From Promethearchaeota archaeon (GTDB lineage Archaea; Asgardarchaeota; Lokiarchaeia; Sigyniarchaeales; SOKP01): a DNA stretch of 56,566 nucleotides. The notes beneath the pieces are model-generated. The model ran no database searches. It was not told the origin of the DNA and saw nothing but the letters and a program-made list of their open reading frames with translations. Location of the stretch: positions 1 through 56,566 of the forward strand of contig JAGXNO010000023.1 in assembly GCA_019894975.1 (NCBI GenBank), given 5' to 3'. Position 1 is the first letter of the stretch. Every line of letters starts with the position of its first letter. Of the stretch, positions 20,747-30,793 are shown piece after piece. Made by a program: the position numbers and the translations under genes.

Positions 20747-21088
20747 TTATTTCTCTGGAAGTAAAAATTCGGATAAATCTTTTCCTATCAATTTTCTTCC
20801 TCTTTCACTTGTAACTGCAGCTGCTATTTCAAACCGATACCCTTCAATAGCATCAGCGTACATAGTTAAACGTCTGACGAAGTAGTTAATCGTTTCCTCA
20901 AAATGCTCTGGTTTTGTTTCAAAAATACCAGACCCCTTTAAGCCACTATTAGTTGCCCATGTTTCCCATGCTACTGCAGGTTTGATAACTGGAGGGAATG
21001 GAAATACTTTCTCAACCTCAAGATATTTTTTCCCTACATCATCATTTTTTTCCACGGGATACCAAACATTAATTAAAACTCTTATCAT
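20747..21088 (-). CDS. Hypothetical protein
   Basis: 113-aa ORF co-oriented with neighbours. Confidence 0.7.
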   Translation of the reverse strand: MIRVLINVWYPVEKNDDVGKKYLEVEKVFPFPPVIKPAVAWETWATNSGLKGSGIFETKPEHFEETINYFVRRLTMYADAIEGYRFEIAAAVTSERGRKLIGKDLSEFLLPEK

Positions 21089-21192
21089 TATTTACAACTT
21101 CTTTTTATTTAATAATTGAAAATTAAAAATTGGGGAACCTTAAAAATTTTGTTTAGATTTTTAGTTAATTTATAATGTTTAACTAATAGAAT

Positions 21193-22344
21193 CTATAAGT
21201 CATTTATGAAATTTTCAATTCTATTCATTGCCTCTTTTAGCTTCTCCATTTCAGTCGCATAGGAAATTCTTATTGTATCATCTGAAAATGATCCAAAAAT
21301 AGATCCGGGTACAACTGCTACAGCTTGCTTCTTCATAAGGTTTCTTGAAAATGTTGCACCATTCATGTCAAAATTCTTAGTTGAGGGCATAATATAAAAG
21401 GCTCCAAGAGGTTTGGTTGAATCAAAACCAATTTCTTTCAATCTATCATAGACAAATAACCGCCTATCATCAAAGCTTCTCCAAATCTTATCAAAAAATT
21501 TGGTATCCATTTTTAGAGCTTCAATAAATCCGTATTGAGCAGCATGATTAGTACCAGCAACCGTGTATTGATGGTAATTTTCCATTAAATCAATCAGTTC
21601 TTTAGAAGCAACAATATATCCCAATCTAAAACCCGTTGCCGAAAAAAGTTTTGACATAGCATTTATGGTTATAGTACGCTTAAACATTCCATCTAAGGAG
21701 GCGGGGCTTGTATGCATTAGACCATCATAGATATAATTTTCATAGACTTCATCTGTAATCAGATATAAATCATTTTCTATTACTACCTCGGCTAATTCTT
21801 CTAGTTCCTTTAAACTTAATGCATAACCCGTGGGATTATTAGGGGAATTAATAAGGATCGCTTTAGTTTTGCTGGTTATAGCTTTTTTTATATTGTCTAT
21901 GTTAAAACTAAAATCTTCATTTCTCTCTGCTTCTATTACTTTTACCCCAAAAAAAAGGCCACAATAAAAATATGATACGAAATTAGGAGAACTGATGACT
22001 AATTCGTCACCAGGATTGAAAATCGAGGCATAGGCTAATGTAATTGCCTGGCTCCCTCCATTTGTGACCATAATGTTCTCCTTCCAGTCAGTTTGGATAT
22101 TATTTACTTTGTTGAGTTTAGCTTCTAATAATTGTAGTAACTCAGGTGTTCCTCTGGTAGGAGCATACATTGTGATTTTATTTTTTAGGGCATTAATATT
22201 TCCTTGGATAACAGGATCAGGAGTCTGAAAGTCTGGTTGACCAATCCCTAGACTTATGACATCAGATCGTCCAGAAGCCAGATCAAATAATTCTCTAATA
22301 GCAGACTTGGGAGCTTTTGATACTCGATGAGATACTTCTTTCAT
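21193..22344 (-). CDS. PLP-dependent aminotransferase, class I/II
   Basis: NSPNNPTG, DEVY, SKLFSATGFRLGY. Confidence 0.93.
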   Translation of the reverse strand: MKEVSHRVSKAPKSAIRELFDLASGRSDVISLGIGQPDFQTPDPVIQGNINALKNKITMYAPTRGTPELLQLLEAKLNKVNNIQTDWKENIMVTNGGSQAITLAYASIFNPGDELVISSPNFVSYFYCGLFFGVKVIEAERNEDFSFNIDNIKKAITSKTKAILINSPNNPTGYALSLKELEELAEVVIENDLYLITDEVYENYIYDGLMHTSPASLDGMFKRTITINAMSKLFSATGFRLGYIVASKELIDLMENYHQYTVAGTNHAAQYGFIEALKMDTKFFDKIWRSFDDRRLFVYDRLKEIGFDSTKPLGAFYIMPSTKNFDMNGATFSRNLMKKQAVAVVPGSIFGSFSDDTIRISYATEMEKLKEAMNRIENFINDL

Positions 22345-22435
22345 TATAAATACTCTGTATGAATCTATCTGTTTTATTAATACAAGTTTAAATAAAACTT
22401 TACAAAAAAGAGTCTTTACAAACTATTAAAATTTT

Positions 22436-22996
22436 TTAGACATTTACTCCATGATTAGTTAAGATTTGTTTCACCAAGAGGAGAAAAGCTTCCTCTATGT
22501 TTTCTCCTAATTTTGCACTTGTCTCGATGAAATGACTAGCCTTTATTTTTTCAGCTAAGTCTTTTCCTTTTTCAGTAGGAACTACTCTATCATCGGTTAA
22601 ATCAATTTTATTCCCTATTAACACGTACACTCCTTCTTTTCTAATATACTTTTTGAAATCTCTTAACCATCTCGATTTTACGCTATCAAATGTATTGTAG
22701 CGTGTAACGTCATAAACAAGTAAAGCACCTTCACAACCTTGAAAATACATAGATCTAATCACATTATATTTCTCTTGACCCGCTAAATCCCACATTATCA
22801 ATCTGATTTTCGTATTTACTTCTTCTAAATCAACATCTTTTCGAATTATGTTAGCACCTAGTGTAGGTTTATAATCCTCTTGAAAATTTTCCTCACAAAA
22901 TCTGTTTAGAAGGCTTGTTTTACCTACTGCGGCCTCACCTAATATGACTATTTTATAAACAAATTCTCTTAATTCTTTTGCTTCTTCCGTGCTCAT
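22436..22996 (-). CDS. Rab-like small GTPase
   Basis: GEAAVGKT, WDLAGQE, NKID, ETSAK. Confidence 0.93.
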   Translation of the reverse strand: MSTEEAKELREFVYKIVILGEAAVGKTSLLNRFCEENFQEDYKPTLGANIIRKDVDLEEVNTKIRLIMWDLAGQEKYNVIRSMYFQGCEGALLVYDVTRYNTFDSVKSRWLRDFKKYIRKEGVYVLIGNKIDLTDDRVVPTEKGKDLAEKIKASHFIETSAKLGENIEEAFLLLVKQILTNHGVNV

Positions 22997-23195
22997 TATG
23001 CATTTAATATATTATCTTTAGTATATTTAAGACTATCAACAATTTTTGATCTTAAATATTCGCTTGAGTGGATTTATTTATATTAATTTGTAATTTGACT
23101 TTGAAGTATTTAATATTTTCCTCATTTAATTATAACAAGTTATTTAATTAGGATTTAATAACCAAATAGTAATTGAAGTAATGTTATTCGCAAAT

Positions 23196-23759
23196 TTAAT
23201 ACTTTTTTTCCATTTTCAATTTTAGAGTAAAAGTATTATGGTTTGGATCCTCGACATCTTCTTTTTCTCCAAAATGTACTACTCTATATTCTGACGGGAG
23301 TGATTTTTCTAAAGAATACACTAAAAATCCTTTGAATAAATCACATGGTACGCCAATTTCAGTGCAAAAAATGCATTTTTGAACAAATATAACAATGAGA
23401 TTTTGTGTTTTTTCAACAATTTCAACGTTCCAATCGGTAACTATAATTGAGTTTATTTCTGAAACAATTTCTTCAAAATTTTTACCATAAGGAAATAAAT
23501 AAAAAGAAAATTTCTTCCCAATTTCAAAAAGGAGCATAGAAGAATCATATAACAGACAATTTTGAGCAGCAATAATTTTTTTAAAAGAAAATAAATCTAA
23601 ATATTGGTTTTGATCCTCATCTCGTATGTTTTTTAAATGGAGCATTTCGGCTTCTTTTAAAATGGATTTCATTCCATCATAATCAAGTATATCATGATAT
23701 GCCTGAAGAAGTGCAGTAATTACGTTATACCTTACTTCTCCTTTATAATCTCCAATCAT
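23196..23759 (-). CDS. Divergent V4R-like protein
   Basis: CIFC....PCDLFKGFL pattern of V4R/HNOX-like folds. Confidence 0.55.
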   Translation of the reverse strand: MIGDYKGEVRYNVITALLQAYHDILDYDGMKSILKEAEMLHLKNIRDEDQNQYLDLFSFKKIIAAQNCLLYDSSMLLFEIGKKFSFYLFPYGKNFEEIVSEINSIIVTDWNVEIVEKTQNLIVIFVQKCIFCTEIGVPCDLFKGFLVYSLEKSLPSEYRVVHFGEKEDVEDPNHNTFTLKLKMEKKY

Positions 23760-23820
23760 TTGTTCTTAATTTCTATATGTTATATTAAAAAATTAATAAT
23801 ATGTGTAAATTATAGATAGT

Positions 23821-24366
23821 TTAATTTAATTTTAGTTCAATATCAAATTTTTTGAGAGCGTGAACAACTAGTTTTTTGAAAGCTGCTTCAACATTATCAC
23901 CGAGTTTTGCACTAGTCTCAATGTAATCACTTGCATGAATTTGATCTGCTAAAATTTTACCATTTTCTGTAGATACAGCGTCTTTATTCCTTAAATCGCT
24001 CTTTTTTCCAATTATAATATAAATTCCATCTGATCGTGCAAATTTCTTAAAATCTTCGAGCCATTTTGATTGAATTCGATCAAAGGTCGATGAACGAGTT
24101 ATATCAAAGACCAAAAGACAAGCAATGCATCCTTCAAAAAACATCTTTCGGGTTAAATCGTATTTATCCTGCCCGGCAATGTCCCATATTGCTAGTTGAA
24201 TCTCAAATTCCTCAATTTTTAGCTTTTTCATCACAATATTGACACCTAGTGTTGGTTGATAATCATCTTTAAAACTCTCATCAATATAACGATTAATTAA
24301 CGATGTCTTACCAACGGCACCATCACCAAGAAGTGCCAATTTCAAATTAATCTTTTTTTTTACCAT
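23821..24366 (-). CDS. Rab-like small GTPase with atypical G4 (KKSD)
   Basis: GDGAVGKT, WDIAGQ, ETSAK; G4 reads GKKSD instead of GNKxD. Confidence 0.9.
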   Translation of the reverse strand: MVKKKINLKLALLGDGAVGKTSLINRYIDESFKDDYQPTLGVNIVMKKLKIEEFEIQLAIWDIAGQDKYDLTRKMFFEGCIACLLVFDITRSSTFDRIQSKWLEDFKKFARSDGIYIIIGKKSDLRNKDAVSTENGKILADQIHASDYIETSAKLGDNVEAAFKKLVVHALKKFDIELKLN

Positions 24367-24383
24367 TTTATATTAACTCATTA

Positions 24384-24812
24384 TTAAATATCCAAAAGAG
24401 TTAAGCCAAATTGAGAGTCTTCAGCTCTGTTTAGCTTTTTATCAATTTCAAAAATATAAACTTCACCTGTTATTGAGACTATGCTTGGTTGGAACAAATG
24501 TCCCCCCAATATCGTATAGTCCTTTGTGCCCATAGAGGCATGGAGGTGAACTATTGGTTCCCCATCTTTAAATGATATATTTCCCATACATGAAACTAGT
24601 TCAACGAAGCTATTATATTCTTTTCTCAAATATTCTTTAGATTCGAAGTCAAAATACCCTAAAGTGAATTTTTTCAAAGCTCCAATACAATTTATCAAAC
24701 CTGATTTGATATTATAATCTTTTATCATTTTGATTATAGAATCAATTAAATCTTCATCAGGCTCAACTTTTCCTATTATAACACGTTTAATCTTGGATTC
24801 AATAGACCTCAT
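24384..24812 (-). CDS. PPC/DUF296 domain protein
   Basis: ELVSCMGNIS...HLHASMG...GGHL. Confidence 0.9.
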   Translation of the reverse strand: MRSIESKIKRVIIGKVEPDEDLIDSIIKMIKDYNIKSGLINCIGALKKFTLGYFDFESKEYLRKEYNSFVELVSCMGNISFKDGEPIVHLHASMGTKDYTILGGHLFQPSIVSITGEVYIFEIDKKLNRAEDSQFGLTLLDI

Positions 24813-24876
24813 TATTACTTCTCAAGGTTCTTAATTTAAAACTTATTCTATATGAATTCTCAAACTCTATTTAAAC

Positions 24877-25428
24877 TTACTTATCTATTCCTATATTTAT
24901 TATAACTTGAGAGACTAATTTTCTGAAGGCATCTTCAACATTATCACCATTTTTGGCACTTGTTTAGATAAAATCACTAGCGCGCATTTCATCTGCAAGT
25001 CTCTTTCCGTCCTCTGTTGATACAGCAATAGATTCTTCTAAATCTATTTTATTCCCTATTAGGACGTAAGCTGGCTTTTTTTCAGAATATTTTTGTAAAT
25101 GTTTTAGCCACTTGGTTTCAATGTTTTCAAAGGTTGACTGCCTGGTAGCGTCATAAACAAATAAAGCTCCCATACATCCTTGAAAAAACATCGCTCGAGA
25201 TAGATCATATTTAGCTTGACCTGCAATATCCCATAGAACTAATCTTGCTGATAGGTTTAATTCTTCAACTTTTAGCTTTTTTACAACTAAGTTCACCCCA
25301 AGAGTAGGTTGATAATCCTCTTTAAAGCGATGCTGGATATATTGATTAACGAGAGATGTCTTACCGACTGCTGGATCTCCCAATAATGCTAATTTTAGTA
25401 CTAGTTTCTTCGGGTGATTTTCTGGCAT
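24877..25428 (-). pseudogene. Rab-like GTPase interrupted by an in-frame TAA (24964-24966)
   Basis: The frame continues after the stop as TSAKNGDNVEDAFRKLVSQVIINIGIDK*; TAA sits where the E of ETSAK belongs. Confidence 0.8.
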
Positions 25429-25585
25429 TTTTTAATTGTTCTCTTTAAATCAAATTTACATATCAAATAAATTCAGTTTTTTTATATTTGAGCCAAAATG
25501 GCAATTGTTATTCTTTGTGATAAAACATCTATCATCTAACTACCATCACTTTTTTAACATTTGATGTCCTTATTTATTATATAAC

Positions 25586-25663
25586 ATGGATGTGGATGCT
25601 ATGAGTAAAAAAACTAGTTTCTTAAAATTAATAGAAGTCACATCCATCATTATTATTAGGTAA
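25586..25663 (+). CDS. Putative ileS leader peptide MDVDAMSKKTSFLKLIEVTSIIIIR
   Basis: ATC ATT ATT ATT run just before AGG TAA, ~120 nt upstream of ileS; alternative start ATG at 25601. Confidence 0.75.
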   Translation: MDVDAMSKKTSFLKLIEVTSIIIIR

Positions 25664-25770
25664 TTTATTTACTCATGAAGTAGATTCTCGTAGCCTTTTT
25701 CCACATCCTGCTTCATGAATAACAAAGACCATGATTTTGTTCTTGTAAATTTAAATAAGAATTTTATTTT
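25586..25770 (+). promoter_or_regulatory. Candidate translation-coupled attenuator/switch of ileS
   Basis: Mutually exclusive pairings: 25586-25594/25639-25647 and 25601-25609/25668-25676; 25588-25605/25687-25708; hairpin 25673-25683/25708-25718. Confidence 0.7.
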
Positions 25771-25780
25771 AAAAATTTAA

Positions 25781-28669
25781 ATGTGTTTGAAAAGTAATGA
25801 TATGGTGAAAGATATGTCTTATAATGAAAAAGAAGTAGAAATAATTCAATTCTGGAATAAGAACCAGATTTTTGAAAAAAGTATAGAGCAGAGACCAGAG
25901 AATAAACCCTATGTGTTTTATGATGGCCCCCCATTTGCAACGGGGTTACCCCATTATGGTAATATCTTAAGTATTGTTACAAAAGATGTGTTTCCAAGAT
26001 ACTGGACTATGAAGGGGTACCGTTGTGAGAGAAAGTGGGGTTGGGATTGCCATGGTCTCCCAATAGAAAGTACTTGCGAAAAAGCCCTTAATATAAAACA
26101 AAAAAATGAAATTTATGAGATGGGTATATCAGAATTCAATGAATATTGTCGATCAAAAGTATTATGGAATGCCAATGAATGGAAAAAAATTGTTGAACGA
26201 ATGGGAAAATGGATAGAATTTGATAATTCCTATAAAACCATGGATAATACGTATATGGAAACCGTGTGGTATATTTTTAAGAAAATCTATGAAGAAGGTT
26301 TTGTCTATAAAGGTAAAAAGGTATTGTTTTATTGTCCGAGGTGTGAAACCCCCCTTTCTAACTTTGAAATTTCAATGGATAATAGTTATAAGGATGTTAC
26401 CGAAGAATCTATAACAGCAAAATTCAAATTGAAAGAAGATCCAAAAACATTTCTGTTAGCTTGGACTACAACACCTTGGACTTTAATAGGAAATGTGGCA
26501 TTAGCCATAAATAGTGATTTAGTATATGTTAAAGTGAAAGTTGATGATGAATTTTTAATTTTGGTTAAAAATAGAATGGATATTCTCAAGAATGAATATG
26601 AAGTAATAGGAGAATTCACCGGAAAAGAACTTTTAAATAAGAAATATGAACCTTTATACCAAATTTCTGATAGCTCCAACGGAAATGCTCACATTGTTAT
26701 TGATGGAGGTGAGGAAGTGCTTTCCGATGAAGGAACAGGAATAATACATTTGGCGATTTACGGGGAATTTGATTATGAGATGATAAAAAAATACAATTTG
26801 TCAATAATTCAACATATCGGTGAGCATGGCGAGTTGAAAAGTGGCCCAAATGATTGGATTGGGATGTGGTTTAAAGATGTAGATGGAAAAGTTTTGGAGG
26901 ACTTGAAGCAGAGAAACTTATTATTTCATTCAGAAGATTACACACATTCTTATCCATTTTGTTATAGATGTGATACTCCGCTAATTTACAATGCTCTTGA
27001 TGCGTGGTTTATAGATATTCAGCGATTAAAATCAAGACTCTTGGAGACTAATAAAAGTATTAAATGGTATCCTAAGGAGATTGTTAAAAGATACCAAAAC
27101 ATAATCGAAACAGCTCCCGACTGGTGTATTTCTAGAAATCGGTTTTGGGCGACAGCTATACCGATTTGGATGTGCGATGAATGTGATGAAATTAAAGTGA
27201 TTGGCTCAGTTAAAGAATTACAAGCGAGCGCAATCGAAGAGGTTCCTAACAGTTTGGATCTACACAAGCACATAGTTGATGAAATCCATCTAAAGTGCCC
27301 AAGTTGTAAAAAAGTCATGAATCGAATTTCAGAAGTTTTTGATTGCTGGTTAGAATCAGGATCAATGCCATTTGCTGCAAAACATTACCCTTTTGAAAAT
27401 GTGGAATGGTTTGGTATAAATTTTCCTAGTGATTTTGTTTCAGAGTACATTGGACAAGTAAGAGCATGGTTTTATTATATGCATGTAATATCAATTCTTG
27501 TAGTTAATGATATTCCTTTTAAAAATGTAGTTGTAAATGGTAATATTCTCGCTGAAGACGGAACTAAAATGTCTAAATCGAAGCGAAATTTTCCCGATCC
27601 AAACCTAATAATTGAGAAGTATGGTGCAGATGCTTTGAGAGTTTATTTATTATCATCACAATTAATGAGGGCTAAAGATTTAAATTTTAAAGAGGAAATT
27701 ATAAAACAAGTTTACCGTAGATTTAATCTATTACTAATAAATGTTCTAAAATTCTATTCAATGATTGAAACTAAGGATATAGAGACGGATATGCCCTTTT
27801 CAGACAATATCTTAGATAAATGGATTATCAGCTTGTTAAATATCTTAATTCGGAATGTTACTGAGAGAATGGAGGATTATGATACCGCGGAAGCAAGTAG
27901 GTTTTTCTTTGCTTTTATCGAGGACCTCTCCACGTGGTATGTTAAAAACAGTAGAGATCGATTTAAGAGTGAAAATATCAATGAAAAATCTTCTGCCATG
28001 AATACTTTATCATATGTACTTTCTAACTTGTCGAAATTACTAGCCCCTCTTACTCCGTTTATATCTGAGATGATTTACCAAAAATTAAAAGAAAGAGAAT
28101 TAGTTAATTTAACTTCTGTACATTTGGAATCGTGGCCAGAATATGATGAAAAGCAAATTACTCCATTGGTACATGAAAAGATGGAATTATCAAGAGAAGT
28201 TGTAAGGAGATCACTGGAATTAAGAGAAAATTCTAAGATACCTGTTAGGCAGATATTACAGAAAGTAATATTAAGGGGATTGTCTCTTGATAATGAATAC
28301 TTGCAAGTTATTGCAAACGCTATAAATGTTAGAGAGGTATTAATCGAAACAGGAGAGGAAACTGATCTTACAGTTGAACTAGATACAGAAATAACAGAAG
28401 AATTAAAACTTGAAGGTATAGCCAGAAATCTGATTAGAAATTTGAACAACTATAGAAAGAAAATGAAATTATCACCGAAAAATCGAATTGATCTATATAT
28501 AACTACAAAAAGTAAGGAAATTCTGGAATCACTTGAAATTCATGAAGAAAACATTAAAAAATTGATACAAGCAGATAATATATTTAAAAATATTGAAGGC
28601 AAGAGTAGTGTTAAAAAATTTAAAATAGATACTCACCTAATTGAAGCATATTTAGAGGTAAAAAATTAA
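25781..28669 (+). CDS. ileS: Isoleucyl-tRNA synthetase, IleRS2/eukaryote-like type (probable start 25814 after GGTGA)
   Basis: FYDGPPFATGLPHYGN, GWDCHGLP, WTTTPWTL, DWCISRNRFW, KMSKS. Confidence 0.95.
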   Translation: MCLKSNDMVKDMSYNEKEVEIIQFWNKNQIFEKSIEQRPENKPYVFYDGPPFATGLPHYGNILSIVTKDVFPRYWTMKGYRCERKWGWDCHGLPIESTCEKALNIKQKNEIYEMGISEFNEYCRSKVLWNANEWKKIVERMGKWIEFDNSYKTMDNTYMETVWYIFKKIYEEGFVYKGKKVLFYCPRCETPLSNFEISMDNSYKDVTEESITAKFKLKEDPKTFLLAWTTTPWTLIGNVALAINSDLVYVKVKVDDEFLILVKNRMDILKNEYEVIGEFTGKELLNKKYEPLYQISDSSNGNAHIVIDGGEEVLSDEGTGIIHLAIYGEFDYEMIKKYNLSIIQHIGEHGELKSGPNDWIGMWFKDVDGKVLEDLKQRNLLFHSEDYTHSYPFCYRCDTPLIYNALDAWFIDIQRLKSRLLETNKSIKWYPKEIVKRYQNIIETAPDWCISRNRFWATAIPIWMCDECDEIKVIGSVKELQASAIEEVPNSLDLHKHIVDEIHLKCPSCKKVMNRISEVFDCWLESGSMPFAAKHYPFENVEWFGINFPSDFVSEYIGQVRAWFYYMHVISILVVNDIPFKNVVVNGNILAEDGTKMSKSKRNFPDPNLIIEKYGADALRVYLLSSQLMRAKDLNFKEEIIKQVYRRFNLLLINVLKFYSMIETKDIETDMPFSDNILDKWIISLLNILIRNVTERMEDYDTAEASRFFFAFIEDLSTWYVKNSRDRFKSENINEKSSAMNTLSYVLSNLSKLLAPLTPFISEMIYQKLKERELVNLTSVHLESWPEYDEKQITPLVHEKMELSREVVRRSLELRENSKIPVRQILQKVILRGLSLDNEYLQVIANAINVREVLIETGEETDLTVELDTEITEELKLEGIARNLIRNLNNYRKKMKLSPKNRIDLYITTKSKEILESLEIHEENIKKLIQADNIFKNIEGKSSVKKFKIDTHLIEAYLEVKN

Positions 28670-28743
28670 CATCTCTTCTTTCAATCTCAAAATTAGGTTG
28701 CAACTCCGTAAAATTATTATATTTTTTTATTCTTTTCATAGTT

Positions 28744-30168
28744 ATGCTCAAAATCTATAATACAATGACAAGAGAGAAAGAAGTATTTAATCCTCTCGAA
28801 GAAGGCATTGTAAAGATCTACACTTGCGGCCAAACTGTTTATGATGATGTACATATTGGAAATGCAAAAACATACAGTTCGTGGGATGTGATAATACGTT
28901 ATCTACGATATAAAGGATATAAAGTACTTCATGTACAAAATTTCACAGATGTGGGTCATTTAACTGATGATGCTGATCAAGGAGAGGATAAAATTGAAAA
29001 AAGAGCACGGGAACGAAAAATTAACCCATGGGAACTTGTTGATAATCAAATTGAAGAGTATTGGCATGTGATTGATGATTTAAATATTAACAGACCAAAT
29101 ATTTCTCCCCGAGCGACCTCCCTCATTCCTGAAATGATTGACATTATTAAGATCCTCTTAGAAAAAGGCTATGCCTATGAAGTAGAAAGCAATGTCTATT
29201 ATGACGTTTCTAAATTCAAAGATTATACGAAGCTTTCTAAGTTAAAACTCGATGAAGAATCAGCAAAAGCACGAGTGGATCAAGATCCATTAAAAAAGAG
29301 TCCATTTGACTTTGCTTTATGGTTAAATGCTAAAAAGGGAGACCAAATGCATATTATGAGATGGAACTCTCCTTGGGGTGAAGGATATCCTGGATGGCAT
29401 CTTGAATGTTCCGTTATGTCGATGAAATATCTAGGAGAGACTATTGATATTCATTGTGGGGGAATAGATCACATCCCTACTCACCATCCAAATGAAATAG
29501 CGCAAGCTGAGGCTGCAACTGGTAAAAAATTCGTTCGAACATGGATGCATGCGGAATTCATAACTTTGAATGGCAAAAAAATGAGTAAAAGCCTTGGGAA
29601 TTATGTAACTGCTAGGGAATTAATTGATCAACATGGAGGTTTAGTAGTTCGAATGGGCTTAGTGCCTGGTCATTATAGATCTGCTGTAGACTGGAATCCA
29701 GATGTTATAGCAAATGCGAAGAAAAATGTTGAAAGAATTCAGAATAGCCTGAGTTTAATAAAAGACTCACCTGGGGGCACAAAAACTAATTTGAATCAAG
29801 CAATTGAAGAAGTACAAAAGTCTTTTGAAGAAGCTATGGATGATGATTTCAACACACCAAAAGCTTTTGCAACGATTCACGATTTCATCAAACAAATAAA
29901 TTCCTCATTAGATAATAAAAAAGACATCCTCAATAAAGCAAGAGAAGTTCTTGTTGAATTACTCGGAGTCTTGGGACTCGACTTCACTAAAAAGAAAGGA
30001 ATTGATGATGCAAAAATAGATGGCTTAATGGAACTCATTATTTCATTAAGGGATAAATCGAGGAAAGAAAAAAATTATGAATTGAGCGATGAAATTAGGG
30101 AAAAATTGCGGTCTACAGGCATTCAAATTGAAGATACTGAAGATGGACCACGTTGGAAAATGAGTTAA
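28744..30168 (+). CDS. cysS: Cysteinyl-tRNA synthetase
   Basis: CGQTVYD..HIGN, PGWHLECS, HHPNE, KMSKSLGN, DDDFNTP. Confidence 0.95.
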   Translation: MLKIYNTMTREKEVFNPLEEGIVKIYTCGQTVYDDVHIGNAKTYSSWDVIIRYLRYKGYKVLHVQNFTDVGHLTDDADQGEDKIEKRARERKINPWELVDNQIEEYWHVIDDLNINRPNISPRATSLIPEMIDIIKILLEKGYAYEVESNVYYDVSKFKDYTKLSKLKLDEESAKARVDQDPLKKSPFDFALWLNAKKGDQMHIMRWNSPWGEGYPGWHLECSVMSMKYLGETIDIHCGGIDHIPTHHPNEIAQAEAATGKKFVRTWMHAEFITLNGKKMSKSLGNYVTARELIDQHGGLVVRMGLVPGHYRSAVDWNPDVIANAKKNVERIQNSLSLIKDSPGGTKTNLNQAIEEVQKSFEEAMDDDFNTPKAFATIHDFIKQINSSLDNKKDILNKAREVLVELLGVLGLDFTKKKGIDDAKIDGLMELIISLRDKSRKEKNYELSDEIREKLRSTGIQIEDTEDGPRWKMS

Positions 30169-30187
30169 ATTTAAAAAAAATTGAGAT

Positions 30188-30616
30188 TTAGGGTGCAACT
30201 AAAAGCTGCTTTTTGTCGAAATCTTCGGGATTTCCTCCTTCTTCAATAAAAGCACTGTATCGTTTCAGACTCTTCAAAATCAGATCTGCTACGTTCTTAT
30301 AAGTTTTAGTATACTTCTTATCGTTAAATTCACCCCAGAGCATCACTTCTGTTTTATCCTTTTTTGGAGTTAAAAAGTAACCAATAGAATTAATATTACC
30401 TTGCTCTATATGTATAGCCATTGATTCATTTTCAACACTTTCAGTGTTAATTATGTTAAGATCACCGAGATTTGTTTTAAGAAGCAAATTATCAGGACTC
30501 TGCTCTGCATCGTCAACAACCGGATTCCATCTAGAGACAATACCCGCATCCATTACTATATTAAAAATACTCTCAAGTGAAGATTCAATTTCAATTTTTC
30601 TTTCTATTCTTGGCAT
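30188..30616 (-). CDS. SRPBCC/START-like protein
   Basis: IERKIEIESSLESIFNIVMD...RWNP N-terminus and C-terminal helix. Confidence 0.7.
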   Translation of the reverse strand: MPRIERKIEIESSLESIFNIVMDAGIVSRWNPVVDDAEQSPDNLLLKTNLGDLNIINTESVENESMAIHIEQGNINSIGYFLTPKKDKTEVMLWGEFNDKKYTKTYKNVADLILKSLKRYSAFIEEGGNPEDFDKKQLLVAP

Positions 30617-30793
30617 TATTTCACCTTTTTTTGGAATTCATAAATTACTATGATAAACTATCTTTTATACATTTGTGTGAACTTGATTAACTAATAAAAA
30701 TGGTTAAAACATTATTAAGAGAAGGAAAGTTTTATTTGTATTAATTTGAAGATTGAATATAGAATCATTATAATTTAATTGGTGGGATAATAA

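Noticed and set aside
24964-24966. Stop-codon recoding (Sec/Pyl) in the truncated Rab
   Set aside because: The codon is TAA and aligns with Glu, not Cys
25560-25780. T-box riboswitch upstream of ileS
   Set aside because: No T-box UGGNACC consensus or stem I motifs seen; the leader-peptide model fits better
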